A DNA stretch of 64,000 bases from Candidatus Brocadiia bacterium (GTDB taxonomy: Bacteria > Planctomycetota > Brocadiia > SM23-32), in the NCBI GenBank assembly GCA_046538485.1, contig JBKHIT010000005.1, positions 1 to 64,000 on the forward strand, written 5' to 3'. Under the pieces are notes generated by a model that worked only from the letters and a program-made list of their open reading frames with translations, was not told where the DNA came from and made no database searches. Shown here one piece after another: positions 40,574 through 49,204 of this stretch. How positions within the stretch are numbered: position 1 is the stretch's first letter; every line of letters starts with the position of its first letter. The translations under genes and the position numbers were made by a program.

Positions 40574-41647
40574 TCAGTTGAGCAAATCCTCCACGACATC
40601 CCGGGACAATCGCGTCGCGCGGTAGCAGCGTTTTTCTTCGCTGTTCCAGTAATCCCACACGATGTCACCGTCGGGAGTGACCTCGAAGATGCGGCCGGTG
40701 TCGCCCCAGTTCATGGCGCAGATCAGCGTATTGCCGTTCGGCAGGCGCTGGGCTCCGCTGCCCACGGGGCTCCAGAATTCACGTTCGGGATCGTCCGGCC
40801 ACTCCCAGACGATTTTACCGGTGTCGGGTTTGATTTCGATCACGCGGCTCTGCCCCCGTTCAGGCGGACCGTGCCCGTTGTCGAACATCAGGATATTGCC
40901 GTCCTCAAGCATGGTGGGCTGATGCTGTCCGAGGATTTCGCCCTGTCCCCAGTGCCACACGATATCCCCGGTGTCTCTGTCGATGATGAAAATGAGGTGC
41001 ATGTGGCGAGGAGAAACGAGGATGTTACCCGGTTTGAAACGCTCATCGCGTTCACCCAGCGGCGTGTCGGGAAGGCTTTCCACCGTGTTGATATGTGGCC
41101 ACTCCTCGTGTCCGGGTGGCAACTCGTTATCGTTGGATGCGGTCGGCAACTGGTCCGCATGCGCCCCGAAGTGCCATTCCCAGACGATTTCGTTCTCGGG
41201 CGTGATGTCCTGTATGTAATCGTAGATCTGAGGCGTGTTTGACAGATCCTTGAAAACCGTCGGGCCGTTGCACGCTATGAGGGTATTGCCGTTCGCCAGG
41301 CGGCGCGCGTCGTGATGCACCGGTGCGGGATCCGACCAGACGACGTTTCCCTCCCAATCCAGCTCCCACAGACGCGCCTCGATATTGCGGGACGTCCCAT
41401 ACGCATATTCATTGGCCACGACGAGCAGATGCCCATCATCCATCAGATCGCACCAGTGCCAGGTTGGGCCGTGGTCGAGTTCCCAGGAATGCAAGGGCTG
41501 CCCATCCATGTCGATGATCCGGGCGCGGCGGGTTCCTCCGGACCACAGCAGCGTGTAGCCGGGCCAGGCACGCGATGGATCGTGATGTTCGAGTCCGATA
41601 CGTCCATTACGGTCGGGTTTCGGCACGTCAATGCTGCACATAGACAA
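40574..41647 (-). CDS. arylsulfotransferase (ASST)-family beta-propeller
   Basis: HHDARRLANGN, WPHINTV, GQHQP, MFDNG, GAQRLPNGNTLI. No signal peptide. Confidence 0.85.
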   Translation of the reverse strand: MSMCSIDVPKPDRNGRIGLEHHDPSRAWPGYTLLWSGGTRRARIIDMDGQPLHSWELDHGPTWHWCDLMDDGHLLVVANEYAYGTSRNIEARLWELDWEGNVVWSDPAPVHHDARRLANGNTLIACNGPTVFKDLSNTPQIYDYIQDITPENEIVWEWHFGAHADQLPTASNDNELPPGHEEWPHINTVESLPDTPLGERDERFKPGNILVSPRHMHLIFIIDRDTGDIVWHWGQGEILGQHQPTMLEDGNILMFDNGHGPPERGQSRVIEIKPDTGKIVWEWPDDPEREFWSPVGSGAQRLPNGNTLICAMNWGDTGRIFEVTPDGDIVWDYWNSEEKRCYRATRLSRDVVEDLLN

Positions 41648-41928
41648 TACACTCCATAATCGATCAGGGAATAAAGGCAGAGCGGGGAAAAATTATAATG
41701 GTCGAATGCCGGAGATCAACCGGGAAAGGGACAGAAAGGCTCTTTTTCACGTTTACGGATTGTGTCTCACTATCTTTCTACCGTCAAAATCACCTGTTCT
41801 GAAACGTGAAGGGGAGCCATGCCTTTTTGTCGTGAGTTGATCTGAAACCGATCTCAAGCGTGCCTTCGGTATGCATTTTATTCTCTCCTCACTCTTACCC
41901 GGAACTGCGGCATCACCCAACGGCGCCT

Positions 41929-42960
41929 CGCACCGGGCTACACTCTCATCCGGCCCTTCGGGCCTCTTTTGGAACGGCAGTCGACACGCTAAACGCATAC
42001 AGATGCCTGTCATACTGAACGGACCAACGCCTCGCGGACTGGACTTCAGCCGCAGGCTGGAGTTCAGAACGCGATCGACTTCCCTTCAGATTCCAGGCGC
42101 ATTTACATTTTCCGGCAATTGTCCGTCTCAAGTCCAGTTTCGCCCGCCGCTGGCGGGCTCAGCTGAACTCGAGTCTCCTTTCTCTGCCAGCGGACTGGGG
42201 GTCAGAACGCCGCTCATCAGCCCACAGATCTCCCAGAACCCACCGGGGCTCCACGTATCCGCAATGCTACGCAGATGCAAGGGGTTATCGCCGAGCTGGC
42301 CCTGCCGTTCATTACCCTGAAAGGGCAGTATATGACAGCCCGGGGTGCAGACGGCTGAAGGTCGTCGGTGCCCTGGGGTACAGATGGGCGTTGAGAAAAG
42401 TGGGCTGAAGGCCCACCACAAAACTTTGTGTGTTTCCCCACGCAACGAATCGCAGAAGCGGTCGACTACGAGCACGTTTCAGTGATTTGTGCGTTCCCGG
42501 AGTTAACGCAAGCCCCGAAACCAGCGTCAGGTTCGTAGTGAGTCTCTTCAGAGGCTGTTGTGGACTCCGAAAGAGTGCCTCAGAGTGTAGCGCCGTGCGA
42601 AGGCGCCCTCAGGCGCCGGAGTTGGGGGTTGTGGGGGGAAAAATAGAACGCGTTCCGAAACGGTGGCACTGACAAATTAAAAGCGGCGCCCCCCGTGGGG
42701 GATTCAATTTCCGGAAATATCAGTTTCACCGGCAGAGCCTACTAAGGACCCTGCAGCACCCCGATGTAGTCTACCGCGACTCGCGGTCGCGCGCACTCCA
42801 AAGCCAGCGCGACGCGCTGGCAGGGTACCACCATACATACGTTGATTTTTGTTGCGTCCTGCGGCACGAGACATTTCCCGCAACCCCGGGATGCCGGCGG
42901 TACCGGCCGGTGAGGTGCCCCGCGCGCCAACGGCGCGCTCTGGATTGCGGTGTGTTAAAA
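41929..42960. repeat. mosaic of REP/MITE-like elements (families F, A, G and GTAG-foot palindromes)
   Basis: Contains F (41949-42000), A (42034-42177), G (42399-42422), gactacgagc/gttcgtagtg pair and many short GC hairpins. No credible ORF. Confidence 0.7.
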
Positions 42961-43188
42961 CGGGCCGGAGGCGCGTTTTACTCACCGCTGTGTCGTTCCG
43001 GAAAACGTTGGATACCGCACACTTTCATTTTGGAGGTTCCGGGGTAAAAATCGGCCTGCTGCGGTCCAACACAGTCCTCAGCGCCGCTGAGAGCACGTTT
43101 TTGGGGTAATAGTTTTTTGTCCTATTCGCAAACTGCTGCACAGCTAATAGTTACAATCAACGCAAATGGCTCACTTATGCAGGACCGC

Positions 43189-44172
43189 TCAGACCGCCAG
43201 GACGTTTCTCACGGCTCTGACAACGTCGTCGATGCCCGGCAGCACCATTTTCTCGGCTTCCGGAGAGCAGGGGATGGGGATGTCGCGGGCGCCGATTCGC
43301 TGCAACTGGCCGTCGAGGTCCCAGAGACAGTTCTCGGCCACCGCGGAACAAATCTCGGCCCCGACGCCACCTGTCACGACGCCTTCTTCCAGAAAAACCG
43401 CTTTCCCGGTTTTGCGTACCGATTCGAAGATGGTATCCCTGTCGTAGGGTTTAAGCGTCACCAGATCGATCACTTCCACGTCGATGTCCTCTGAAGCGAG
43501 CAGTCCGGCTGCTTTCAGAGCCATCTTCACCCCCAGCCCGTAGGTGATGATTGAGACATCCGAGCCATCACTCGCGATGCGGGCTTTGCCGATCGGCCAC
43601 TCGGATCTGTCCGTCAGCGCACATTTCTCGCCATAGAGGAGTTTGTGTTCGAGAAAGAGGACGGGATTTTCATCCCGAATCGATTGGCGGAGTAAAGAAC
43701 AGGCGTGGGCCGGGTCGGCCGGGGCGACGATTTTCAGTCCCGGTGCGCTCATGAACCAGGAAGCCAGACTCTGGGAATGGCTCGGCCCGTAGCCGCGATA
43801 GCCGCCGTAGGGGGTGCGGATCACGATCGGGACGCTGAACTGTCCGGCATACATGTAGTTGATCTTCCCCGCGTGGTTGACGATCTGGTCCATGGCCAGA
43901 GTGATGAAATCCATGAACATAATTTCGGTGACGACGCGTCGTCCGCCCAGCGCCGCGCCGACGGCCACTCCGACGTAGCTGTTCTCGCTGATGGGAGCGT
44001 TGAGGACGCGTTCGGGGAACCGCTCGTAGAGATCATCTGTCACGGCAAAAGCCCCGCCGTATTCCCGCACGTCTTCACCGATGAGAAGAACCGCGGGATC
44101 GGCTTCCATCTCTGCTCTGAGTGCACGGTAGAGCTCATCGCGCATTGTGGCAGAAGTTTTTTCGGTGCTCAT
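43189..44172 (-). CDS. pdhB: 2-oxoacid/acetoin dehydrogenase E1 beta subunit
   Basis: IGEDV..YGGAF, APISE, EIMFMDF, DQIVN, GPSHSQ, FLEHK. Substrate is uncertain (pdhB/acoB). Confidence 0.85.
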   Translation of the reverse strand: MSTEKTSATMRDELYRALRAEMEADPAVLLIGEDVREYGGAFAVTDDLYERFPERVLNAPISENSYVGVAVGAALGGRRVVTEIMFMDFITLAMDQIVNHAGKINYMYAGQFSVPIVIRTPYGGYRGYGPSHSQSLASWFMSAPGLKIVAPADPAHACSLLRQSIRDENPVLFLEHKLLYGEKCALTDRSEWPIGKARIASDGSDVSIITYGLGVKMALKAAGLLASEDIDVEVIDLVTLKPYDRDTIFESVRKTGKAVFLEEGVVTGGVGAEICSAVAENCLWDLDGQLQRIGARDIPIPCSPEAEKMVLPGIDDVVRAVRNVLAV

Positions 44173-45161
44173 GATGCCTCTCCCTCGTTGCAGTAGGGGG
44201 AGACCAGCACGTCATCGGGTCCGGGGAAGTCGGCTTGTTGTGCCGTTTGATAGGCATCATCGATCCGGGTGCGGCAACGTTCCTCAATTTCGTCGAGCCG
44301 GTCCTCGGCCAGACCGCCTGCGATCAGCGCTTTTCTCTCGACGGTGATGGGATCTACGGCCTGCCAGCACTGTTCTTCCTCGTCGGTCCGGTAAACCAGA
44401 CGATCGCTTTTTGAATGTCCGCAGAACCGGTAGGTTTTTGCTTCGACAAGCGTCGGTCCTTCATCGGAACGGGCGCGTTGGAGTGCCTCAGCGACGCCAT
44501 CCATCACAGCTTCCGGATCCATGCCATCGAGGGTGACGCCGGGGATATCATAGGATTGGGCGCGCCGGGCGATTTTTTCCACGCTCATGCTATCACTGAC
44601 CGAGGTGCTCATGGCGTAGAGGTTATTTTCGCAGATATAGACGACAGGCAGTTGCCAGATGCTGGCCATATTCAGGCTTTCGTGGAACGTCCCCTGGTTG
44701 GCGGCGCCGTCGCCGAAGAAACACAGCACGACGTGTTCGGACCCATCGAGTTTCTGGCTCAGAGCGAGTCCGGTAGCGGTTGGGATGCCTCCTCCTGTGA
44801 TACCGTTGGTTCCGTAGAATGCCAGGTCGCGCGCGCAGAGGTGCTGGGAACCGCCTCGGCCTTTGCAGGGTCCGGTCACTTTCCCCAGCATTTCGGCCAT
44901 CAGCGCGCCCGGGTCAGCGCTTCGGGCGATGAAATGTCCGTGTCCCCGGTGGCTGCTGACGATGGGGTCGTCGGGTCTGGCGGCAGCGACGGCGCCGACG
45001 GCGCAGGCTTCCTGTCCGATGCAGAGGTGGGCGGTTCCGTGGATTTTTCCTTCTTCGAATAGTTTTTCGATTTTTTGTTCGAACAGCCGGATGATGAGCA
45101 TCATCTCGTAGCGGCCGGCGGAGGTTGAGAGATCGGGTTTTTCCACGGTTCGGTTTTCCAA
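44169..45161 (-). CDS. pdhA: 2-oxoacid/acetoin dehydrogenase E1 alpha subunit
   Basis: HLCIGQEA, HRGHGH, GRGGSQH, TPP motif GDGAANQG..ENN, YRFCGHS. ATGA overlap with the beta gene. Confidence 0.85.
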   Translation of the reverse strand: MENRTVEKPDLSTSAGRYEMMLIIRLFEQKIEKLFEEGKIHGTAHLCIGQEACAVGAVAAARPDDPIVSSHRGHGHFIARSADPGALMAEMLGKVTGPCKGRGGSQHLCARDLAFYGTNGITGGGIPTATGLALSQKLDGSEHVVLCFFGDGAANQGTFHESLNMASIWQLPVVYICENNLYAMSTSVSDSMSVEKIARRAQSYDIPGVTLDGMDPEAVMDGVAEALQRARSDEGPTLVEAKTYRFCGHSKSDRLVYRTDEEEQCWQAVDPITVERKALIAGGLAEDRLDEIEERCRTRIDDAYQTAQQADFPGPDDVLVSPYCNEGEAS

Positions 45162-45225
45162 AAATCATTCAAAAGAAATTCAGGCGGGCGCGGGATGAAT
45201 AAACTAAAGCCACAGCCCCGAAAAA

Positions 45226-47007
45226 TCAACGCCGGTGTCGTATTTGGTCGCCGAACAACAGCAGATTGCCGGATTTCCCCCGGATCCATCGTTTGGTGTG
45301 GGTTTGCCCATGGCTCAGCAGGACTTCCACGACGGTCTGATGGTGGTCGCCGACCCCGAGACTGTATTGAAAAGGTTGGCAGCCGCCGATGATCTGCTGG
45401 TTTCCCACGACGGCCGAAGCGTGGGCGTCACGAACCCGGATGGTCGCACCGATTGCCCCCCGTCTGGTGTCGATTCGGACCGTCATGAATTCTCGGCGCC
45501 TGGCCGCGGGAGACCTGTTTTCCAGCAGCAGCGCCGCTTTGTCTTGCAAAAGCAGGTAAATATCCGGTGCGCTGTCGCCCGTGACGTCGGTAATAGTGAT
45601 CGCGGCGGCTTGTTTTCCGGGCGAAGGTGTATCACAGAGGGATGTAGCATCGATGAAATTGCCGTCCCCCGCGTTGAAATAGATCTTTGGACCGATTGTT
45701 TTGAGGTTGAGAACAAGATCCGGATAACCATTGCCCGTCAGATCCCCTGTAGCACAACACGTGACTTCGTCGTTGATTTTTGACAAAGCGCCGGACTGAG
45801 CAACGGGTTGGAAACGTTCTGAACCGGTGTTTTTGAAGAATTTTACGCTGCCGGATTTTGTTCCGGTTTGGACGAGAAGATCGAGCTGACCGTCGTTGTC
45901 GAAATCGTCGATTCTGAGGATGCGGGGAGGTGAAGATTTCTTTTCCCTGGAACTTGCCTCGTGGGTTGATGGTGTTGTACCGAGCAGTTGTGATGTTACG
46001 ATTTCTGCCCTGCGGTCGCCATCAAAATCGGCTGCGAAAGGCCGGGTGGCATCCGTTTTCTCGGGCAGCTCGGCTTTTCGGAAAGGTCGATACCGTGGGC
46101 GGGAGCGGCGCGAGTTCGCGAAATACCGTAGAGAATCGTCGGGAAGGCGCGCAACGATGTCAGGAAGTCCGTCGCCATTGAGCTCTGTGAAGCCCGCATC
46201 TTTCCATTCTGCGGCCCCGGGAGGCTGTTCGGCAAAAATCTTCTCCTGGAATTTGAAATCCGGCGCTCCGGAGTTGGTGTAAACGGCCAGGCTCTTACCG
46301 GCGCAGAGCAAGTCAAGATTTCCGTCACGGTCGACATCTGCCCACCCCATTGCTTTCCCGGAGATATCGACGGATTCATCGGCTGTTATCTTACGAAAGC
46401 CCCGCGCAGATTGTGCGAAAAAAAGAGGCCCCGTGCTGGTAGTGAAAACCAGGTCGAGGTCTCCGTCCGCGTCGAAATCAGCCCACAGTGGTTTCTCCGA
46501 GGAGTCGATATCTTCGGAGATATTGGGGTAGCGGGAACTGATGTCGGACATAATTTGCCCGCGTTGTCCGGTTCCCCCACCGATTGTTGCGGATACGACG
46601 TTGCCCGAAGAGTCCATACTGCGAACGTGAAACGTGTGGAGTTCCATCAAGGGGTTGTTTGGCAACTGGACGCTGTGGTTTTGTGTTCTTTTTTCTTCTT
46701 CCATTACCATGTGCTGAAACGGGTCTGCCCAGCCGTATGTTAAAAGGGCATCGGTTGGCCTGGACGTCTCCCATTCGACTGCGTATCGGCCGGCAGATTT
46801 CGCGATCCGGGGACCAGACACGAGGGAGAGTGTTTCCAGGGATGTGCCCGGAGATGCGATGCGAGGTGGAGTTTGGGTTTTTGAATCGATGAGCCCGGTA
46901 TTCTCCGGTACACACAGGCCCACCCAAAAACAGAAACCGACAAGGCAAAGGGCTCCGGCGAAAGCCAGAATGCGATTTGCAAGGTCGGGATGTTCTTTGG
47001 AGCGCAT
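45226..47007 (-). CDS. exported FG-GAP/VCBS-repeat protein (CRTAC1/ASPIC-like) with FN3-like N-terminal domain
   Basis: Start refined to MRSKEH with an N-terminal TM. Repeated DFDADGDLDL, DVDRDGNLDL, DFDNDGQLDL. AIGATIRV ASPIC-like tail. Confidence 0.75.
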   Translation of the reverse strand: MRSKEHPDLANRILAFAGALCLVGFCFWVGLCVPENTGLIDSKTQTPPRIASPGTSLETLSLVSGPRIAKSAGRYAVEWETSRPTDALLTYGWADPFQHMVMEEEKRTQNHSVQLPNNPLMELHTFHVRSMDSSGNVVSATIGGGTGQRGQIMSDISSRYPNISEDIDSSEKPLWADFDADGDLDLVFTTSTGPLFFAQSARGFRKITADESVDISGKAMGWADVDRDGNLDLLCAGKSLAVYTNSGAPDFKFQEKIFAEQPPGAAEWKDAGFTELNGDGLPDIVARLPDDSLRYFANSRRSRPRYRPFRKAELPEKTDATRPFAADFDGDRRAEIVTSQLLGTTPSTHEASSREKKSSPPRILRIDDFDNDGQLDLLVQTGTKSGSVKFFKNTGSERFQPVAQSGALSKINDEVTCCATGDLTGNGYPDLVLNLKTIGPKIYFNAGDGNFIDATSLCDTPSPGKQAAAITITDVTGDSAPDIYLLLQDKAALLLENRSPAARRREFMTVRIDTRRGAIGATIRVRDAHASAVVGNQQIIGGCQPFQYSLGVGDHHQTVVEVLLSHGQTHTKRWIRGKSGNLLLFGDQIRHRR

Positions 47008-47283
47008 GAGATGTATTATTTCCGTGCGGAAGGCAATTCGAATGGCAAAACTCCAGGTATCGATACTATCCCAACGGGGGGTGTTGCGCAAGGCGAATCA
47101 GTGATTGGAAGGGGATAAGATGGTTTTTGGGGCCTTTTTGTGCCGGAAGCGTTTTAATGCCATCAGCTTATCGACATGCGATATTGCTCTGAATGGGTCT
47201 AAGGCACTTGCAAAACGGTTCCACACGGCCCATAATTTAGGCGGAGTATATAGAGCTTCTTCCGGCATCTGGGAGGGGACCAG

Positions 47284-48081
47284 ATGGTAGATACAGAGAG
47301 TATGCCAGACAGAGGTATTGTGCTGGCAGTTATTACTTTTCTGGCCCTGGCTATTTTGACTTTGTGGTGGCAGAGGTCAGAGAACAGCGCTACGGACGGC
47401 GGAGACCTCACCGAAGGGCGGGGAGAGCTCAACGCCAAAGATGAGGATATTTCACTATCGGCAAATGGTGACGATTATTCTGCGTCAGAAGACACAGGCC
47501 GAAAAAAAGAAATGCGGAGAGCTCTTCAGTTGCTTTCTTCCAGCAATGTGGCTGCCTTGCGCCGTTCGGCCGCTCTGAGTCTTCAGTGGTGCGCAGATAA
47601 AAGTGCGGAACCGGGTTTGCTGCAGTCGTTGCATGATGAAGATGAAATTGTGAGCCGACGGTGTGCGAGAGCACTTTTGAACCTGTGGCAGAGTTCGCGC
47701 TACAGTTCGATTGATCCCTTATTTGACAGGGGGGTTGAGGCGACGGAAGCGGGGCATTACCAAGAGGCGGTCGATATCTTTGCAAAATGTGCCAAATTGG
47801 ATCCGGCTATTCCCGATCTCTACCGGTTATGGGCGCAGGCATTGCTGGAACGGGGCAAGCCCCGAGAGGCTCTGGCAAAATGCAAAAAAGCCCTGGAAAA
47901 GGAATCGGAGAATTTTATGGCCCATTACGTTTTGGCCCGGTGCCAGGCGGCCCTGGGAAATCAGAAGGAAGCCCGGGAAGCGGTTGAGAACGCGCTCGGC
48001 ATTTACCCCGGTCTTAGATACGATCCACGCTACGACGAAGCAATTGGCGTTATTTTGTCTCTTGGGAACAGCGGCGGATAA
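47284..48081 (+). CDS. membrane-anchored HEAT + TPR repeat protein
   Basis: N-terminal TM, LRRSAALSL..LHDEDEIVSRRCARAL (HEAT) and three TPR-like repeats. Confidence 0.75.
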   Translation: MVDTESMPDRGIVLAVITFLALAILTLWWQRSENSATDGGDLTEGRGELNAKDEDISLSANGDDYSASEDTGRKKEMRRALQLLSSSNVAALRRSAALSLQWCADKSAEPGLLQSLHDEDEIVSRRCARALLNLWQSSRYSSIDPLFDRGVEATEAGHYQEAVDIFAKCAKLDPAIPDLYRLWAQALLERGKPREALAKCKKALEKESENFMAHYVLARCQAALGNQKEAREAVENALGIYPGLRYDPRYDEAIGVILSLGNSGG

Positions 48082-48130
48082 AAGATCCTTTACACACACT
48101 GCCTGACCTTTGCCATCGTGTCGGGCCAAT

Positions 48131-49141
48131 TTATTGATAGCTGACTTTAACAAGCTCCTGGAGTGTCTGCTCGGCCTGGCCCGAATCGATGGCGTTTGCA
48201 GCCGTTTCAATCCCCTCTTCCAGCGCGCCTGATTTCCCGCCGATATAAATCGCGGCTCCTGCGTTCAAAACGACAACATCTCTTTGAGGACCCTGTCGTC
48301 CGGACAGGACCGCTCGAATAACTTCCGCGCTTTCTTCGGGACTCTCGACTTCAAGATCAGAGAGTTCGCCTCTGGGCAACCCCAGTTTCTCCGGAGAGAT
48401 CCGGTAGGTTTCGATTTGGCCATCGTTGAGTTCCGCAACTTTTGATTCCCCGCAGACGCTCAATTCGTCCAATCCATCTTCGCTGTGAACGACGAGGGCT
48501 TTTTCGCTGCCTAAACTCTTGAGCACCCCGGCTATTTTTTCCACCAGGTTTCCGCTGTAGAGTCCGAGTAATTGCCGTTTCACCCCCGCAGGATTTGTGA
48601 GTGGGCCCAAAAGGTTGAAGACGGTTCGGGCGGCAAGTTCTCGGCGGGGGCCGATGGCGTATTTCATAGCTTTATGCAGGAGAGGGGCGAACAAAAAACC
48701 GATTCCCACCGATCGAATGCATTCTTCGACCACAGCGGGTGGTGCCTCGATATTGACACCGAGTGTCTGAAGTACATCGGCACTTCCGCTTGAACTGGAG
48801 ACGCTTCGGTTCCCATGTTTCGCAACGGGGACATCGGCAGCTGCGCTAACAATGGCGGCTGCGGTGGATATATTGAACGTTCCCCGCGTATCCCCGCCGG
48901 TACCACATGTGTCAATGGTATTCTCAACGCCAGGCTCGATGGTCAATGCTGCGTCTCGCATCGCCCGGGCACACCCGGTGATCTCAGGAATAGTTTCGCC
49001 TTTCATACGAAGAGCAACCAGGAAACCGGCGATCTGCGCTTCTGTTGCTTGCCCCGACATAATAAGGGACATGGCATTTTCGGATTCTTTTTCCGGCAGG
49101 TCTTCCCTTTCCAGCAACCGGGCGATATAGGATTCAATCAT
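48131..49141 (-). CDS. trpD: anthranilate phosphoribosyltransferase
   Basis: DTCGTGGD, FNIST, KHGNRSVSS, GSAD, FNLLGPLTNP, DGLDE. Confidence 0.97.
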   Translation of the reverse strand: MIESYIARLLEREDLPEKESENAMSLIMSGQATEAQIAGFLVALRMKGETIPEITGCARAMRDAALTIEPGVENTIDTCGTGGDTRGTFNISTAAAIVSAAADVPVAKHGNRSVSSSSGSADVLQTLGVNIEAPPAVVEECIRSVGIGFLFAPLLHKAMKYAIGPRRELAARTVFNLLGPLTNPAGVKRQLLGLYSGNLVEKIAGVLKSLGSEKALVVHSEDGLDELSVCGESKVAELNDGQIETYRISPEKLGLPRGELSDLEVESPEESAEVIRAVLSGRQGPQRDVVVLNAGAAIYIGGKSGALEEGIETAANAIDSGQAEQTLQELVKVSYQ

Positions 49142-49204
49142 CCGTTTTCCTCCATGGCGTATGGCTTATTGTAATATTTCAACTTCAGAGAGGTTTTCCC
49201 GTTT

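Noticed and set aside
42480..43100. Possible RNase P, tmRNA, SRP RNA or group II intron
   Set aside because: No GAGGAAAGUCC, tRNA-like ends, SRP loop or domain V motif found by eye on either strand.
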